A stretch of DNA of 64,000 nt. Source: a virus. Location: the IMG/VR virus record IMGVR_UViG_3300027896_000010, positions 1-64,000 of that record; one strand, 5' to 3'. The notes under the pieces were generated by a model. The model was not told where the DNA came from, did not search any database, and worked only from the letters and a program-made list of their open reading frames with translations. The translations under genes were made by a program, and so were the position numbers. This document shows, in pieces, positions 34,537-43,836 of this stretch (position 1 is its first letter; each line of letters starts with the position of its first letter).

Positions 34537-36579
34537 CTATGCATCTAGACTTCTGGTACTGTTAATTGTAATGTTTTCTGGCAGACTTCCTGTTGAGTCC
34601 ATAAAAGACTCCAGAAGCTCTCCAAGAACTACCCACTTAGTTTCATCTGGATTAAAATCCATGTACTTGCCGCTTATCACGCCATCCCCATTCCACGTTA
34701 CATTTGCCAGCTTAGGGGTTGCTGTTGAAAAAGATGAATTTTCTATGTTACTCTTTGCCCTAAGTGTTCTAGTCGTGTGTATTGTTGGAATCAGAATGTT
34801 GCTCTTTACCGTAAGTGTTCTAGTCGTGTGTATTGTTGGAATCAGAATGTTACTTTTCGCTATAAGCGTTTGGACTATAGTTGTCTGTCGTTCTACCCAG
34901 CTTACCCCCAAGGTGTGATTGCCACGTACATCAGTAAACAGATAAGAGCCGACAGTTCCAATATCTTCTCCGTCGATAAATATGTGGAACGTCCAATCTT
35001 CACTCTCTGAGTTGATAGTAAACAGAACACCCTCACCAAAATCAACTAACACTACTCCACTTGGGTCTAAAGTACCGTGTGAAGGCGAACCCTGTGTTGC
35101 TGTTATCGTAAATGTAGGTGCATCAACATTGAAGTTAGGGAAGTTGCTTTCACCTTGGTCTGTCATGACTTCCATAGGAATAGTGCCATAATTGGCATCC
35201 ATGCCCACAGTACAGACTATCTCTTTATCACTCCAAGAAACTATGTCGGCAGCAATACTTCCTATTATGACCCTGCCATATTCTCCCTGTGCCGCCCCAA
35301 AACTGTACCCATCAATGGTAACCGTCCCGCCCCTTGACGCGTGGTCTGGAGACAGGCTAGTTATATATGGTGTCCTGTCTACAGTGAAAGCATAATGATT
35401 GCTCTCCCCTGCTTCAGTGGTAATCACTTCCGCAAAGCCAACACCAAATGGTACGCCCTCTACCACCTTACAGACTATCTCTGTGCCACTCCAAGAAACT
35501 ACGTCTGCAACTTCATAGCAAATAACCGCTATATCTTCTTCCCCTTGAGTGTCCCCAAAGCCAGAACCACTAATGGTTACTGGCGCACCTATCGGAGCAT
35601 GGTCAGGAACTATGTCAGCTATGTGCGTAGGCACCCACGCCTTAGCGGTTAAACTATGAGCAGTGAGACGAAAATCCGTAACGTCTGTCTTACCAGTTAA
35701 AGTCCTTGTAGTTGTCTTCTTGACATCAGCCTCACTGGTTTCTGTCTTGATATGCCTCTGCAATATAAGTGCTTTCGAAGTCTCGGTATGCTTGACCAGC
35801 CAATGAACCTTCGCCTTGGAAGTTACAGTTTCTGTTGTGTGCGTCACAAGCTCAAAAGGAATCGTATTTGACCACATTGGTGTGTATGCATTGGTAACAT
35901 ATATTCCGCTTGCTAATGTGTGTAGGCTTGGCGGTACTGGGCAGGTTATCGAAGTGTCTGACCATGATGTGTAATAAGATTCTACGTTGTCAGGAACAAA
36001 TGTGACAAAACTCGACTCATGCTCATCGCCAAAACCTTCCCCTGTCAACACCACGCTGTCCATAAGAGCAGCTTCATTTGGAACCACCGAAAGCACAATA
36101 GGATTGCCAAAGCTGTACTGGAGCCACTCAGGGCCACCATCCCAATCTGCCATCCACGAAAGAGCGTCATCGGCATGGAAGGCAGTATACGGAAGCCAAC
36201 CACCACTGGTATGACTCGCGCTGACAACGTTCGGTGCTGGAGAGCTATTGGCTTCCATGTTGTAGCAAATATCGGTGCCGTTGAGCGTAAGACCCATCTT
36301 GTATATCAGAACGGAAGTGTCTACACCTTGGATAGCGGTGACGGTTATCCGAAAGTCCCTGTACAGCACAGGGGTCTGGTACAAAACATAACTTTGCTTC
36401 TGGGCCACAGTTGTTGTATTAAAGCTCTGGTTCGTCACAGAATGTAAAAGCGTGGACGTACTGAACCCATCGTTGCTCCCAGATAGCGTCCACGACTTTA
36501 TGGCCTTGGACAGACCGCCCCCATCATGGGCTGGTATTATCCAGTACCCATTGATTTTGTGTGCGCCCGGAGTCGCCAT
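34537..36579 (-). CDS. virion decoration/adhesion protein (discoidin F5/8-like, three IPT/TIG, InlB-like, shared C-terminal module)
   Basis: IKSWTLSGSNDG, EWLQYSF, (L/I)TG(E/S)GFG..SWS(D/G)TEI repeats. Confidence 0.75.
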   Translation of the reverse strand: MATPGAHKINGYWIIPAHDGGGLSKAIKSWTLSGSNDGFSTSTLLHSVTNQSFNTTTVAQKQSYVLYQTPVLYRDFRITVTAIQGVDTSVLIYKMGLTLNGTDICYNMEANSSPAPNVVSASHTSGGWLPYTAFHADDALSWMADWDGGPEWLQYSFGNPIVLSVVPNEAALMDSVVLTGEGFGDEHESSFVTFVPDNVESYYTSWSDTSITCPVPPSLHTLASGIYVTNAYTPMWSNTIPFELVTHTTETVTSKAKVHWLVKHTETSKALILQRHIKTETSEADVKKTTTRTLTGKTDVTDFRLTAHSLTAKAWVPTHIADIVPDHAPIGAPVTISGSGFGDTQGEEDIAVICYEVADVVSWSGTEIVCKVVEGVPFGVGFAEVITTEAGESNHYAFTVDRTPYITSLSPDHASRGGTVTIDGYSFGAAQGEYGRVIIGSIAADIVSWSDKEIVCTVGMDANYGTIPMEVMTDQGESNFPNFNVDAPTFTITATQGSPSHGTLDPSGVVLVDFGEGVLFTINSESEDWTFHIFIDGEDIGTVGSYLFTDVRGNHTLGVSWVERQTTIVQTLIAKSNILIPTIHTTRTLTVKSNILIPTIHTTRTLRAKSNIENSSFSTATPKLANVTWNGDGVISGKYMDFNPDETKWVVLGELLESFMDSTGSLPENITINSTRSLDA
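34745..34860. repeat. 51-nt in-frame tandem duplication
   Basis: KSNILIPTIHTTRTL present twice. Confidence 0.9.
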
Positions 36580-36588
36580 CTATTCTCC

Positions 36589-36885
36589 TTACTCTGCCCT
36601 TCTGTCGTCAAACATCTGAAGCACTTCATCATATATGCGTCTGATTGCCTCTTCTTTGGCTCTTTCAAACCACATGTCTACTTCCTTTTTCGCCATGCTT
36701 TTGACTTCACCAGTACTGGCATTGGGCTTATTCTTCACAAACCAATTGAATATGGCAGTCGCCTCGGCTCGGACTTCGACATCAGGCATAGAAGGATATG
36801 ACCAAGCTTCCTTCGACAGGCCTCTATCTTCTCCAAGAACTTCATCAACCACTTTTGATATGATTTGGTCTAGCTGGTCGCCCAT
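36589..36885 (-). CDS. leader-A protein
   Basis: MGDQLDQIISKVVDEVLG. Confidence 0.72.
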   Translation of the reverse strand: MGDQLDQIISKVVDEVLGEDRGLSKEAWSYPSMPDVEVRAEATAIFNWFVKNKPNASTGEVKSMAKKEVDMWFERAKEEAIRRIYDEVLQMFDDRRAE

Positions 36886-37108
36886 AACATCACATCCTCC
36901 CTTTGAGTCCCTCTATGTCTCGCTAAGTCCCACATGGAGCGCGAGAAGCCGTCAGCATTGCTGTATCGTTGGAGGAAATCTATAACCTCTCGATTGGCTT
37001 CTCGAACCTGTAGCTTTTCATAGAGAACTCCTTTTGACATACTGCTTACTGTCCTATCTCAAACTGGCGTTTCCCACGCTCCAGTTGTGGGTCTATTCTC
37101 GGACACTT

Positions 37109-37360
37109 TTAGTCCATTAAACTTTTAATAATTTGCAATGCTCGTGCTGTATCCTTTCCCAATCCAGTGATTACATCACCAAGCCACTTTTTGGCACCTT
37201 CCAAATCGCCATGGTTTATATCTTCGAGCGCCCAAGGCAATTTAGTTTCGGCGTAATAACGCATCCCACCAATAATCTCTAGAAGCTGAGACATGTCCGA
37301 CCATCCCAACACTTCATGAACTGCTTCCTTTACTATCTCTCCAATGCGCTCTTCATTCAT
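37109..37360 (-). CDS. leader-A protein
   Basis: MNEERIGEIVKEAVHEVLG. Confidence 0.72.
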   Translation of the reverse strand: MNEERIGEIVKEAVHEVLGWSDMSQLLEIIGGMRYYAETKLPWALEDINHGDLEGAKKWLGDVITGLGKDTARALQIIKSLMD

Positions 37361-38141
37361 TCTCTTCTTCCTCCAAGTCGCTCAAGATATCATCAAGCTG
37401 GTCAATGCAATCCGCTAACTGGTCTATGGCTTCATCTATTGATGAGACAGGATTAAGCTTAAGGTCTATAAGCTGTTGCCCTATCTCAGCGATATCTGTC
37501 TGCCACTGTTCGGCATCATCTTCTATGCCATCTTCTTGCAGTTCGTCAAATGGCTCTTCCTCTTCACCCAGTACTTCTCTCAGTACCTTTGATATCACAG
37601 CTTCAAGCTTATCTTCATCCATAGCTATCTCCTTTATACTTGCCGCTGGTCGTAATGACCAAGGCCCTTTGGCGCTCCACTCTTCTGGCTCATTCTGATT
37701 ATACTCAGCAGTACCTATCTCCTGACCGCACTCTGGGCAGTGGAGAATCCAGCATGCAGGTTCGAAATCGCAATCATCATTGCTCTCGTATTCCTTATCC
37801 GCTTTCGATTCACTACCTTTCCATCCACAGAAATCACAGGTCAATAACCTTGTAGGCTCTCCCCATCTTGCTTCCTTGTGGTACTTCATATATTGCTCAC
37901 CGAACTCTGTAAAGCCATCCTCGGTAGTCCAGTAGACTTTGTCTATGTCCTCATCTGCGAACCACGCTTGTACCCTCGCTGGGACTCCGTATTGTTCGCT
38001 CAGCTTCTGAGCTTTCTTGATGGCATTAGGGACATTCGTCGCGCCCTGCCCACTTGACCTCCAGCCACTTGGTGTGCCAGATATCTTTTTCCCGAATTGG
38101 AGATATACTTGATAGGCTCCATAGCCACCATGTTTAGTCAT
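37353..38141 (-). CDS. composite ORF: N-terminal domain, zinc ribbon, internal leader-A unit (start 37622)
   Basis: CDFCGW..CPECG; AAGGAG-N7-MDEDKLEAVISKVLREVLG. Confidence 0.7.
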   Translation of the reverse strand: MTKHGGYGAYQVYLQFGKKISGTPSGWRSSGQGATNVPNAIKKAQKLSEQYGVPARVQAWFADEDIDKVYWTTEDGFTEFGEQYMKYHKEARWGEPTRLLTCDFCGWKGSESKADKEYESNDDCDFEPACWILHCPECGQEIGTAEYNQNEPEEWSAKGPWSLRPAASIKEIAMDEDKLEAVISKVLREVLGEEEEPFDELQEDGIEDDAEQWQTDIAEIGQQLIDLKLNPVSSIDEAIDQLADCIDQLDDILSDLEEEENE

Positions 38142-38322
38142 CTATATCCCCCCTAAGCATCTCCAAAGCTTTCTGTGTCTTGCTATGCATCTCGTCTATT
38201 AAATCTAATATCATAGTTGACTCTGCATGTCTCATAACCGCTACTCTGGCGAACCAGTTCATTCCGTCTATATCGTTAAGCAATCCCTTAACGACTTTGA
38301 TATCAATTTCTTCCGAAGGCAA
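38134..38322 (-). CDS. small hypothetical protein
   Basis: 62-aa ORF. Confidence 0.5.
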   Translation of the reverse strand: MPSEEIDIKVVKGLLNDIDGMNWFARVAVMRHAESTMILDLIDEMHSKTQKALEMLRGDIDD

Positions 38323-38325
38323 TTG

Positions 38326-38844
38326 CTAGGTTCCTTGGTTAAGCTGATGTCTATCGATAGTGACGTCTGCCCTTCGATATGCATCATTTCCATATTGCAT
38401 TTTGAATGCTTCATACTCTGCCGACATTATGTTCTCATAGAAATCTCTTGCTGTTTCTCCAGTATGAGTATCAACCCCCAACTCTATGCTTTTATCATCA
38501 TCATAGGTCGAATCATTTGATGGGAAGATATCCCAGCCTCTATCATAGTTGACTAGGACATTGGCCCAAGAGTCATTGGGGACCCTAGCCGAAGTATCCG
38601 ATATCGTGAGCCTAGAAATATGACCGTTGTTTATGCCGAACTCAGATGGCTCATCAAAGAACTGAACGTTAGCCTTAAGGTTGTCCTTGCCAACCAATAC
38701 ATAATTACTCCCTGAATCTACATTTACCGTATAGCCCATCTTCCTCAAGATGCTTGCGAAGTGTTCTAGTATCTGGCTCTCCTCTTCCTCCTGCCCCAAA
38801 ACTTCCTTTACCACTTTTGATATGATTTGCTCTAGTTCGTCCAT
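38326..38844 (-). CDS. leader-A protein
   Basis: MDELEQIISKVVKEVLG. Confidence 0.75.
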   Translation of the reverse strand: MDELEQIISKVVKEVLGQEEEESQILEHFASILRKMGYTVNVDSGSNYVLVGKDNLKANVQFFDEPSEFGINNGHISRLTISDTSARVPNDSWANVLVNYDRGWDIFPSNDSTYDDDKSIELGVDTHTGETARDFYENIMSAEYEAFKMQYGNDAYRRADVTIDRHQLNQGT

Positions 38845-38919
38845 AATCAATCCTCCCACTTATATTCCCCACACTCCACTTCATGCTCATTGCGGTTGTA
38901 CCATCCCAGCGGCTCCGTC

Positions 38920-39177
38920 CTATATTCTTGTCCAGAACCCTATTTCATATTCTGTTAATTTATACAGGTCATCATATGTCTTGAACTCTCCCTTATCTAT
39001 CGCCTCACTCAATCGACTTAAACGATGCTTAATCTCAGTAATATCGCCATCTAATGACTCTTGATAAAATTTCTGTTGCCTTTGATATAGCTCATCAGAT
39101 TCCTCTTCTGCCAAATTGGGATTGGCCCCCAGCACCTCTTTGACTACTTTTGATATAATTTTTTCTACTTCGTCCAT
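38920..39177 (-). CDS. leader-A protein
   Basis: MDEVEKIISKVVKEVLG. Confidence 0.75.
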   Translation of the reverse strand: MDEVEKIISKVVKEVLGANPNLAEEESDELYQRQQKFYQESLDGDITEIKHRLSRLSEAIDKGEFKTYDDLYKLTEYEIGFWTRI

Positions 39178-39195
39178 ACTTCGTCCACCACCCCT

Positions 39196-39417
39196 TTAAG
39201 TTCCATCCTGCGCTTGCACTTCTGCTATCATTCTCTGCACTTCTTCGATAAGGGCTATGACGTTCTGGTAAGCCCCCTCCAAGATAGTCCTCAAATCTCT
39301 ATCGAGTCTCCTGTCTGGCTCCCCGGGTTCATTCTGGGGATGTAGTATCTCGTATGCTATAGTGTCTAGCTCGGTAATAATCGTTTGGAGAAAAATTACA
39401 TACTGGTCATTTAGCAT
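39196..39417 (-). CDS. small helical hypothetical protein
   Basis: 73-aa ORF with SD. Confidence 0.5.
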   Translation of the reverse strand: MLNDQYVIFLQTIITELDTIAYEILHPQNEPGEPDRRLDRDLRTILEGAYQNVIALIEEVQRMIAEVQAQDGT

Positions 39418-39429
39418 CTGTGTCTCCCC

Positions 39430-39723
39430 TTACTCAGCACTGCCCTGCCACTTAGGATTCATTTGATATTCTCTGATAATATCTCTGGCGTCTGCCAGAT
39501 GGGCATAGATTCTCTGAACATCACCAATAGGGAGATAGGCATCCTGTTCACTACCAGTGTACATATGGTCTTTGATACCATACATTATTCTCGCCGCATG
39601 ATGTGTCGCTTCCCTCACCTCCAAATCCAGACTCTCTAGGTCTTGGTCGAAAGTCTTTCCTGTATCAGCCAGTACTTCTTTGACCACTCTGGTCACTACC
39701 TCTGTTACTCTGGCTTCGTCCAT
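39430..39723 (-). CDS. leader-A protein
   Basis: MDEARVTEVVTRVVKEVLA. Confidence 0.75.
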   Translation of the reverse strand: MDEARVTEVVTRVVKEVLADTGKTFDQDLESLDLEVREATHHAARIMYGIKDHMYTGSEQDAYLPIGDVQRIYAHLADARDIIREYQMNPKWQGSAE

Positions 39724-39733
39724 GCTGTCCCTC

Positions 39734-40375
39734 CTAGATATGTTCCTCCCAGTATTCGGTAAGCTTCTCCGCTAGCTCCTGTGCATCGTGAGGAATTCGC
39801 CTGACCGCCTTCATCATCAGCATAGGCTCACCAGACATCTCCATCCTAGCGTTCACATAATCCCTGATGCCTATCATGGCATCGCCTATCTCTTCGGTGA
39901 TGTGCAGGATTTCTTCTTTCAGTTCTGCCCTGTCGGAAGCCATCTTGCCCTCAAGCCCAAAGCCTACCCCTGCCTTCATCTCCCCGCACACAGGACACCA
40001 GTATTCATAGACGCCCCCGTACATCTTGGTTTTCTGGAGAGGCGCTCCGCAGTCGGCACACTTTGCGGCTAAGACTTCCTTGACCACCTTTGATATGATT
40101 TGCTCTAGCTCATCCATGATATCCTCCTTGTAGCTGGCGGCGACTAGTTCGACCTGCCCCCTGCCACGCAATACGTCAGCACAACTATTCAACAGTCTCG
40201 TCAACTCTTCGTAATCGACCCCATCATCACGAGTCTCGGCAAACAACTCCGCATTGGTAATTAGGTTTTCAATTACACGCAAGAAGCCCTCACTGTCCCA
40301 GAACAGTTCATCTACTCCACTTACGCTTTCCTTGACTACCTTTGCTATGATTTCATAAAGCCGTTGCTCACTCAT
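39734..40375 (-). CDS. tandem leader-A ORF (second unit starts 40117) with zinc ribbon
   Basis: MSEQRLYEIIAKVVKESV; AAGGAGG-N-MDELEQIISKVVKEVLA; CADC..CPVC. Confidence 0.72.
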   Translation of the reverse strand: MSEQRLYEIIAKVVKESVSGVDELFWDSEGFLRVIENLITNAELFAETRDDGVDYEELTRLLNSCADVLRGRGQVELVAASYKEDIMDELEQIISKVVKEVLAAKCADCGAPLQKTKMYGGVYEYWCPVCGEMKAGVGFGLEGKMASDRAELKEEILHITEEIGDAMIGIRDYVNARMEMSGEPMLMMKAVRRIPHDAQELAEKLTEYWEEHI

Positions 40376-40387
40376 GATGCTCTCCTC

Positions 40388-41065
40388 CTATGGGAGAACG
40401 ACTACATCTTCAAGATAAGTCCTGAGGTATTTCTGGAAGCCTTCGATGTCTGCGTCTATCTCCTCCATGAAATTCTCCACAACTCCCTCGACATCCCAAC
40501 TAAAAGCTGGCCCCTGATAATGATTGGTCCAGTATTGATGAGCCTCTTGTGCCAACCTCATAGCCATTTCTTCAAGATTGCGACTGTTCAATCTGCTTTC
40601 CAAGCTGACATAGCTATCCACAAATTCATCTTCATCGTTCTCGTAATCAACCGCTTCCTTCACCACAGCACCAGCCGCCTTCTCTTCTGTCCTCTGGGGC
40701 TTGGCCTTTACCGATGGCTTAAAATCCTTACATACGGTACAGCGCCATCCCGGTGGGTTCTTCCTACCCTCTCCACCTGCCCTGTTATGGAGCCTTTTGC
40801 CCTCGCCGTACTTCTCGTCCTGATAATCGTTCTTGCAAGTGCATGGCAGGACTTTGGTATTCTCTGCGGCTATAACTTCTGCAATTACCCTATCTACAAC
40901 TTCTTCAAGCTGTTTCTCGTCCACTAGCTCGTCCTCCAGCTTCCCTACAACATCTGTAATCTGTTCCCCACTAAGAGCATCTTCCTCTTGCCCTATCACT
41001 TGCTCTGTGGCTAGAACTTCCATGACTACTTTTGATATGATTTGCTCAAGCTTTTCTTCGTCCAT
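40388..41065 (-). CDS. double-leader-A protein with small Cys/His zinc domain
   Basis: MDEEKLEQIISKVVMEVLA; DEKQLEEVVDRVIAEVIAA; CTC..H..CTVC. Confidence 0.72.
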   Translation of the reverse strand: MDEEKLEQIISKVVMEVLATEQVIGQEEDALSGEQITDVVGKLEDELVDEKQLEEVVDRVIAEVIAAENTKVLPCTCKNDYQDEKYGEGKRLHNRAGGEGRKNPPGWRCTVCKDFKPSVKAKPQRTEEKAAGAVVKEAVDYENDEDEFVDSYVSLESRLNSRNLEEMAMRLAQEAHQYWTNHYQGPAFSWDVEGVVENFMEEIDADIEGFQKYLRTYLEDVVVLP

Positions 41066-41077
41066 GATACCCCCCCC

Positions 41078-41386
41078 CTAGTCTTCGAGCGTTTCTGTAT
41101 TTATTGAGAGATAAACAAGCCTTGCTTCCGTAAACAGTTCTTCCATCTTCTGGAACTTCTGTGTGAGGTCTGCATACTTGAGATTCGTTTCGTCTGGCTC
41201 CATCCCATATATCTGGCTTATAGCCGCCCTCACAGAGTCTATGCCATTGGCAGCATACTCAGCCGCATTGTCAGCCAATCTCTGCACTTCCTCTGCCGAA
41301 GTACCTTCCCAGTCTATTTCCTTAACTGCTTCCTTGGCTTGCCTCATTGCTCTCGACACTATAGCTTCTAGTTTTTTATCATCCAC
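41078..41386 (-). CDS. leader-A protein (divergent)
   Basis: GTG start, MDDKKLEAIVSRAMRQA. Confidence 0.65.
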   Translation of the reverse strand: MDDKKLEAIVSRAMRQAKEAVKEIDWEGTSAEEVQRLADNAAEYAANGIDSVRAAISQIYGMEPDETNLKYADLTQKFQKMEELFTEARLVYLSINTETLED

Positions 41387-41494
41387 GATATTCCCCTTAA
41401 CTTAAATCGCTTTACCATCCTCAGAACCGCCACCTGCTTCATCTATAGCGAGATACCCACTTGTCCATGTCAAATCTGTATTGCCCCTCCTAAA

Positions 41495-41797
41495 TTATAT
41501 CCCTCGTTGTTTTTGATATGGATTGTCCCAATGCTCTTTTTCCCAATTTCTTTTATGTCTTATCGGTGTACCATCGTACTCTGTTAGTCTAGAAATCTTA
41601 GGCCAACGTACCCTTAATTCTTTTTGGGGGTCACTTGGGTCTTCAATAATTATGGCTTCATCGTTAACTTCCAAAACATTAAAATTATCTCTCATGCCTT
41701 TTTCAAGTATGTCAAAAATTTGTTGGTAAGAATTCCCTGCCCCAATTACTTCTCTCACAGCTTCCCTGACTATTCTCTCTATCTGTCGTTCGTCCAT
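41495..41797 (-). CDS. leader-A protein
   Basis: AGGAGG SD, MDERQIERIVREAVREVIG. Confidence 0.72.
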   Translation of the reverse strand: MDERQIERIVREAVREVIGAGNSYQQIFDILEKGMRDNFNVLEVNDEAIIIEDPSDPQKELRVRWPKISRLTEYDGTPIRHKRNWEKEHWDNPYQKQRGI

Positions 41798-41805
41798 GGC
41801 TCCTC

Positions 41806-42183
41806 CTAGTTGATTGCTGGCGGCAGGTTCCCACTCGACCATGACTGGTCTGTATTTCCAGTGGTATAAACCTTATAATCTCCAGTCCCTGAGATGGTAG
41901 ATGATGTCCACGTATACTTATAAGGTTCGTACTGCCATGTAATGAGAGGCTTGGGATACTCATAGTACGGATAGATGCGAACGGGTGGATAGTAGTACGG
42001 CACTTCCTTGATTATCTCCCTCTCGATGACTGGCGGTCTCTCCAGAAGCTCATCGACTTTCGCCTCTAGCTCTTCGACCCTTTCCTTCATGGGCTTGGGC
42101 TTGGGCTTGGCTGGTACACTGGCTTCCAGTTCCTTGATTCTCTTCTCTAGCTCTTCGATTTTCTGCGCCTGTGACTTTGCCAT
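41806..42183 (-). CDS. coiled-coil plus Pro/Tyr-rich hypothetical protein
   Basis: 125-aa ORF with AAGGAG SD. Confidence 0.6.
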   Translation of the reverse strand: MAKSQAQKIEELEKRIKELEASVPAKPKPKPMKERVEELEAKVDELLERPPVIEREIIKEVPYYYPPVRIYPYYEYPKPLITWQYEPYKYTWTSSTISGTGDYKVYTTGNTDQSWSSGNLPPAIN

Positions 42184-42224
42184 TGTTCTTCTCCTTTTCT
42201 CACATATAAATACCTGATTGGTAT

Positions 42225-42740
42225 TTATTCTTCCTCTTCTTCATATTCTTCAGGTTCAGGCTCATCTTCAAACAAAGTATATCTTTCTTCATGGTGGAAT
42301 CGGAATAGGACATCAGAGAACATATCTGGCAGCAGCCTGTCTATGTTATTTCTGCAATAGATATAATCTTTCGGGCTATCTGCATTCTCATTAAGAAACC
42401 CGAAAGTGTCTGACAATATCTTCTTAAAACCCTCTAGCACCATACCATAAGCCTCTTGAAACAAAGACTCCATCTCCATTGCTACCTTCCGACTACCCCT
42501 CGACCTTCTTATAGCTTCGTCTCGCTGGTCTTTCAGAGCATCCCTGTTCTCTGTGAAGAGGTCTGAGTAGTCACCCTTAGCGAAACTCTCCCACTTCTCA
42601 AACATGAAATCTTTCGGGAGTGGGTCTATTCCAGCTTTCGCACACACTTCTTCATACTCTGCATAGCGACCCTCTAGGTCTTGTGGATTCAGTATCTCGC
42701 TCACGACTCTAGCAATGATTTCATTTAGCTGGTCATCCAT
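42225..42740 (-). CDS. leader-A protein
   Basis: MDDQLNEIIARVVSEIL; internal RKVAM junction. Confidence 0.72.
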   Translation of the reverse strand: MDDQLNEIIARVVSEILNPQDLEGRYAEYEEVCAKAGIDPLPKDFMFEKWESFAKGDYSDLFTENRDALKDQRDEAIRRSRGSRKVAMEMESLFQEAYGMVLEGFKKILSDTFGFLNENADSPKDYIYCRNNIDRLLPDMFSDVLFRFHHEERYTLFEDEPEPEEYEEEEE

Positions 42741-42827
42741 ATCGGTTCCCCCCCGTTTTACCTAGCGTTTTACCTACTATAGCTAAAATGACGTTTTACT
42801 TAGTTTTATCTAACTTCACAATAAAAT

Positions 42828-42853
42828 AGGCTCCCTACCGTGGTAGAGAACCT
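42828..42853 (-). terminator. probable intrinsic terminator
   Basis: 11-bp hairpin AGGTTCTCTAC-cacg-GTAGGGAGCCT with G-U pairs, then ATTTTATT. Confidence 0.6.
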
Positions 42854-43000
42854 CATATGACTAGCCTATCCTGTCTATTGTTTTACTTAAACTGTTATTT
42901 TATAAATCTGATACCACTGCTCTTAGCATAAGCAGGTCGCTGAGTCATCCAACGTCTATGTCTACTTTATCGTTACCGTTATCGTCTGGTCTGCTATTCA

Positions 43001-43270
43001 TCAGGGAAACATCTCCAGCCATTGAGTCAGGTCGCCACATACGTCCAAGGCTTTATCCAGATACTCTTTGATATTCCCACTCTCACCAGATACCTTCCCA
43101 GATATCGTTCCCTTCGTCTGGAGGAAGTCGAATATCGGTTCGAGCTTTGCTGAGGCTCCCGACAGTTCCGTATATATCGTGTTAAGAGCGGTAAGCAGGT
43201 CGAACCTGTCTACCGCTAGGACTACCCTTATGGCATCTGCTGTGATGGCTTCGAGCCTGTCTTCATCCAT
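43001..43270 (-). CDS. leader-A protein
   Basis: MDEDRLEAITADAIRVVLA. Confidence 0.72.
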   Translation of the reverse strand: MDEDRLEAITADAIRVVLAVDRFDLLTALNTIYTELSGASAKLEPIFDFLQTKGTISGKVSGESGNIKEYLDKALDVCGDLTQWLEMFP

Positions 43271-43281
43271 GGCGTTCTCCT

Positions 43282-43545
43282 TCAGTCCAATAAATCGTTT
43301 GAAAGCCTTCTAAGGTCTGCCAGCCTGTTTGAAATCACACTTAGCCAGAAGGACATTCCTTCTTCGAGTACTTCTCTAGGAGAGAACTGAGGGACTCGCT
43401 CCTTATCCTTACAGGCTTCCATTATCGAGTGTGCCGCTTGGAAGATATCGTATGCCTTATCCGATATTTCTTCGAACTCTTCTCCGCTCTGGAAAACCTG
43501 ACGAACAGTCTCGGCTATAATTTCTTCGAGTCGCTCTTCGTCCAT
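43282..43545 (-). CDS. leader-A protein
   Basis: MDEERLEEIIAETVRQVF. Confidence 0.72.
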   Translation of the reverse strand: MDEERLEEIIAETVRQVFQSGEEFEEISDKAYDIFQAAHSIMEACKDKERVPQFSPREVLEEGMSFWLSVISNRLADLRRLSNDLLD

Positions 43546-43560
43546 GGTATTCTCCTTGTG

Positions 43561-43836
43561 TTAGACCTTATGCTCAGAGCATTTACAATTATCGTGGATA
43601 TCCCCGGGCATCAGACCCCCAGCATACTCTCCCCCTGCGGGTCGCCTCTCCCCATCCATCTCTTGACAAGCCTCACAGCATCCGGGCATACTCGTCCATT
43701 CATACTCTTCTTCGTCGTCGTCCTGACCGTAGACCTCGAAATGTTCCTTGATACCCATTAAGCTACTCCCAATCCCAGTTACAGCTATTAATAAGCCACC
43801 CAACTTCATCAGATACCAAGTTAGCAATCTGGTCAT
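43561..43836 (-). CDS. small membrane protein with C-terminal Cys/His motif
   Basis: hydrophobic N-terminus; CCEACQ..HDNCKC. Confidence 0.45.
   Translation of the reverse strand: MTRLLTWYLMKLGGLLIAVTGIGSSLMGIKEHFEVYGQDDDEEEYEWTSMPGCCEACQEMDGERRPAGGEYAGGLMPGDIHDNCKCSEHKV

Noticed and set aside
42895-43001. TGA readthrough or recoding in a short ORF (MNSRP...VG*LSDLLML...)
   Set aside because: A single short case; TGA, TAG and TAA all terminate well-supported genes elsewhere, so there is no evidence for an alternative code.
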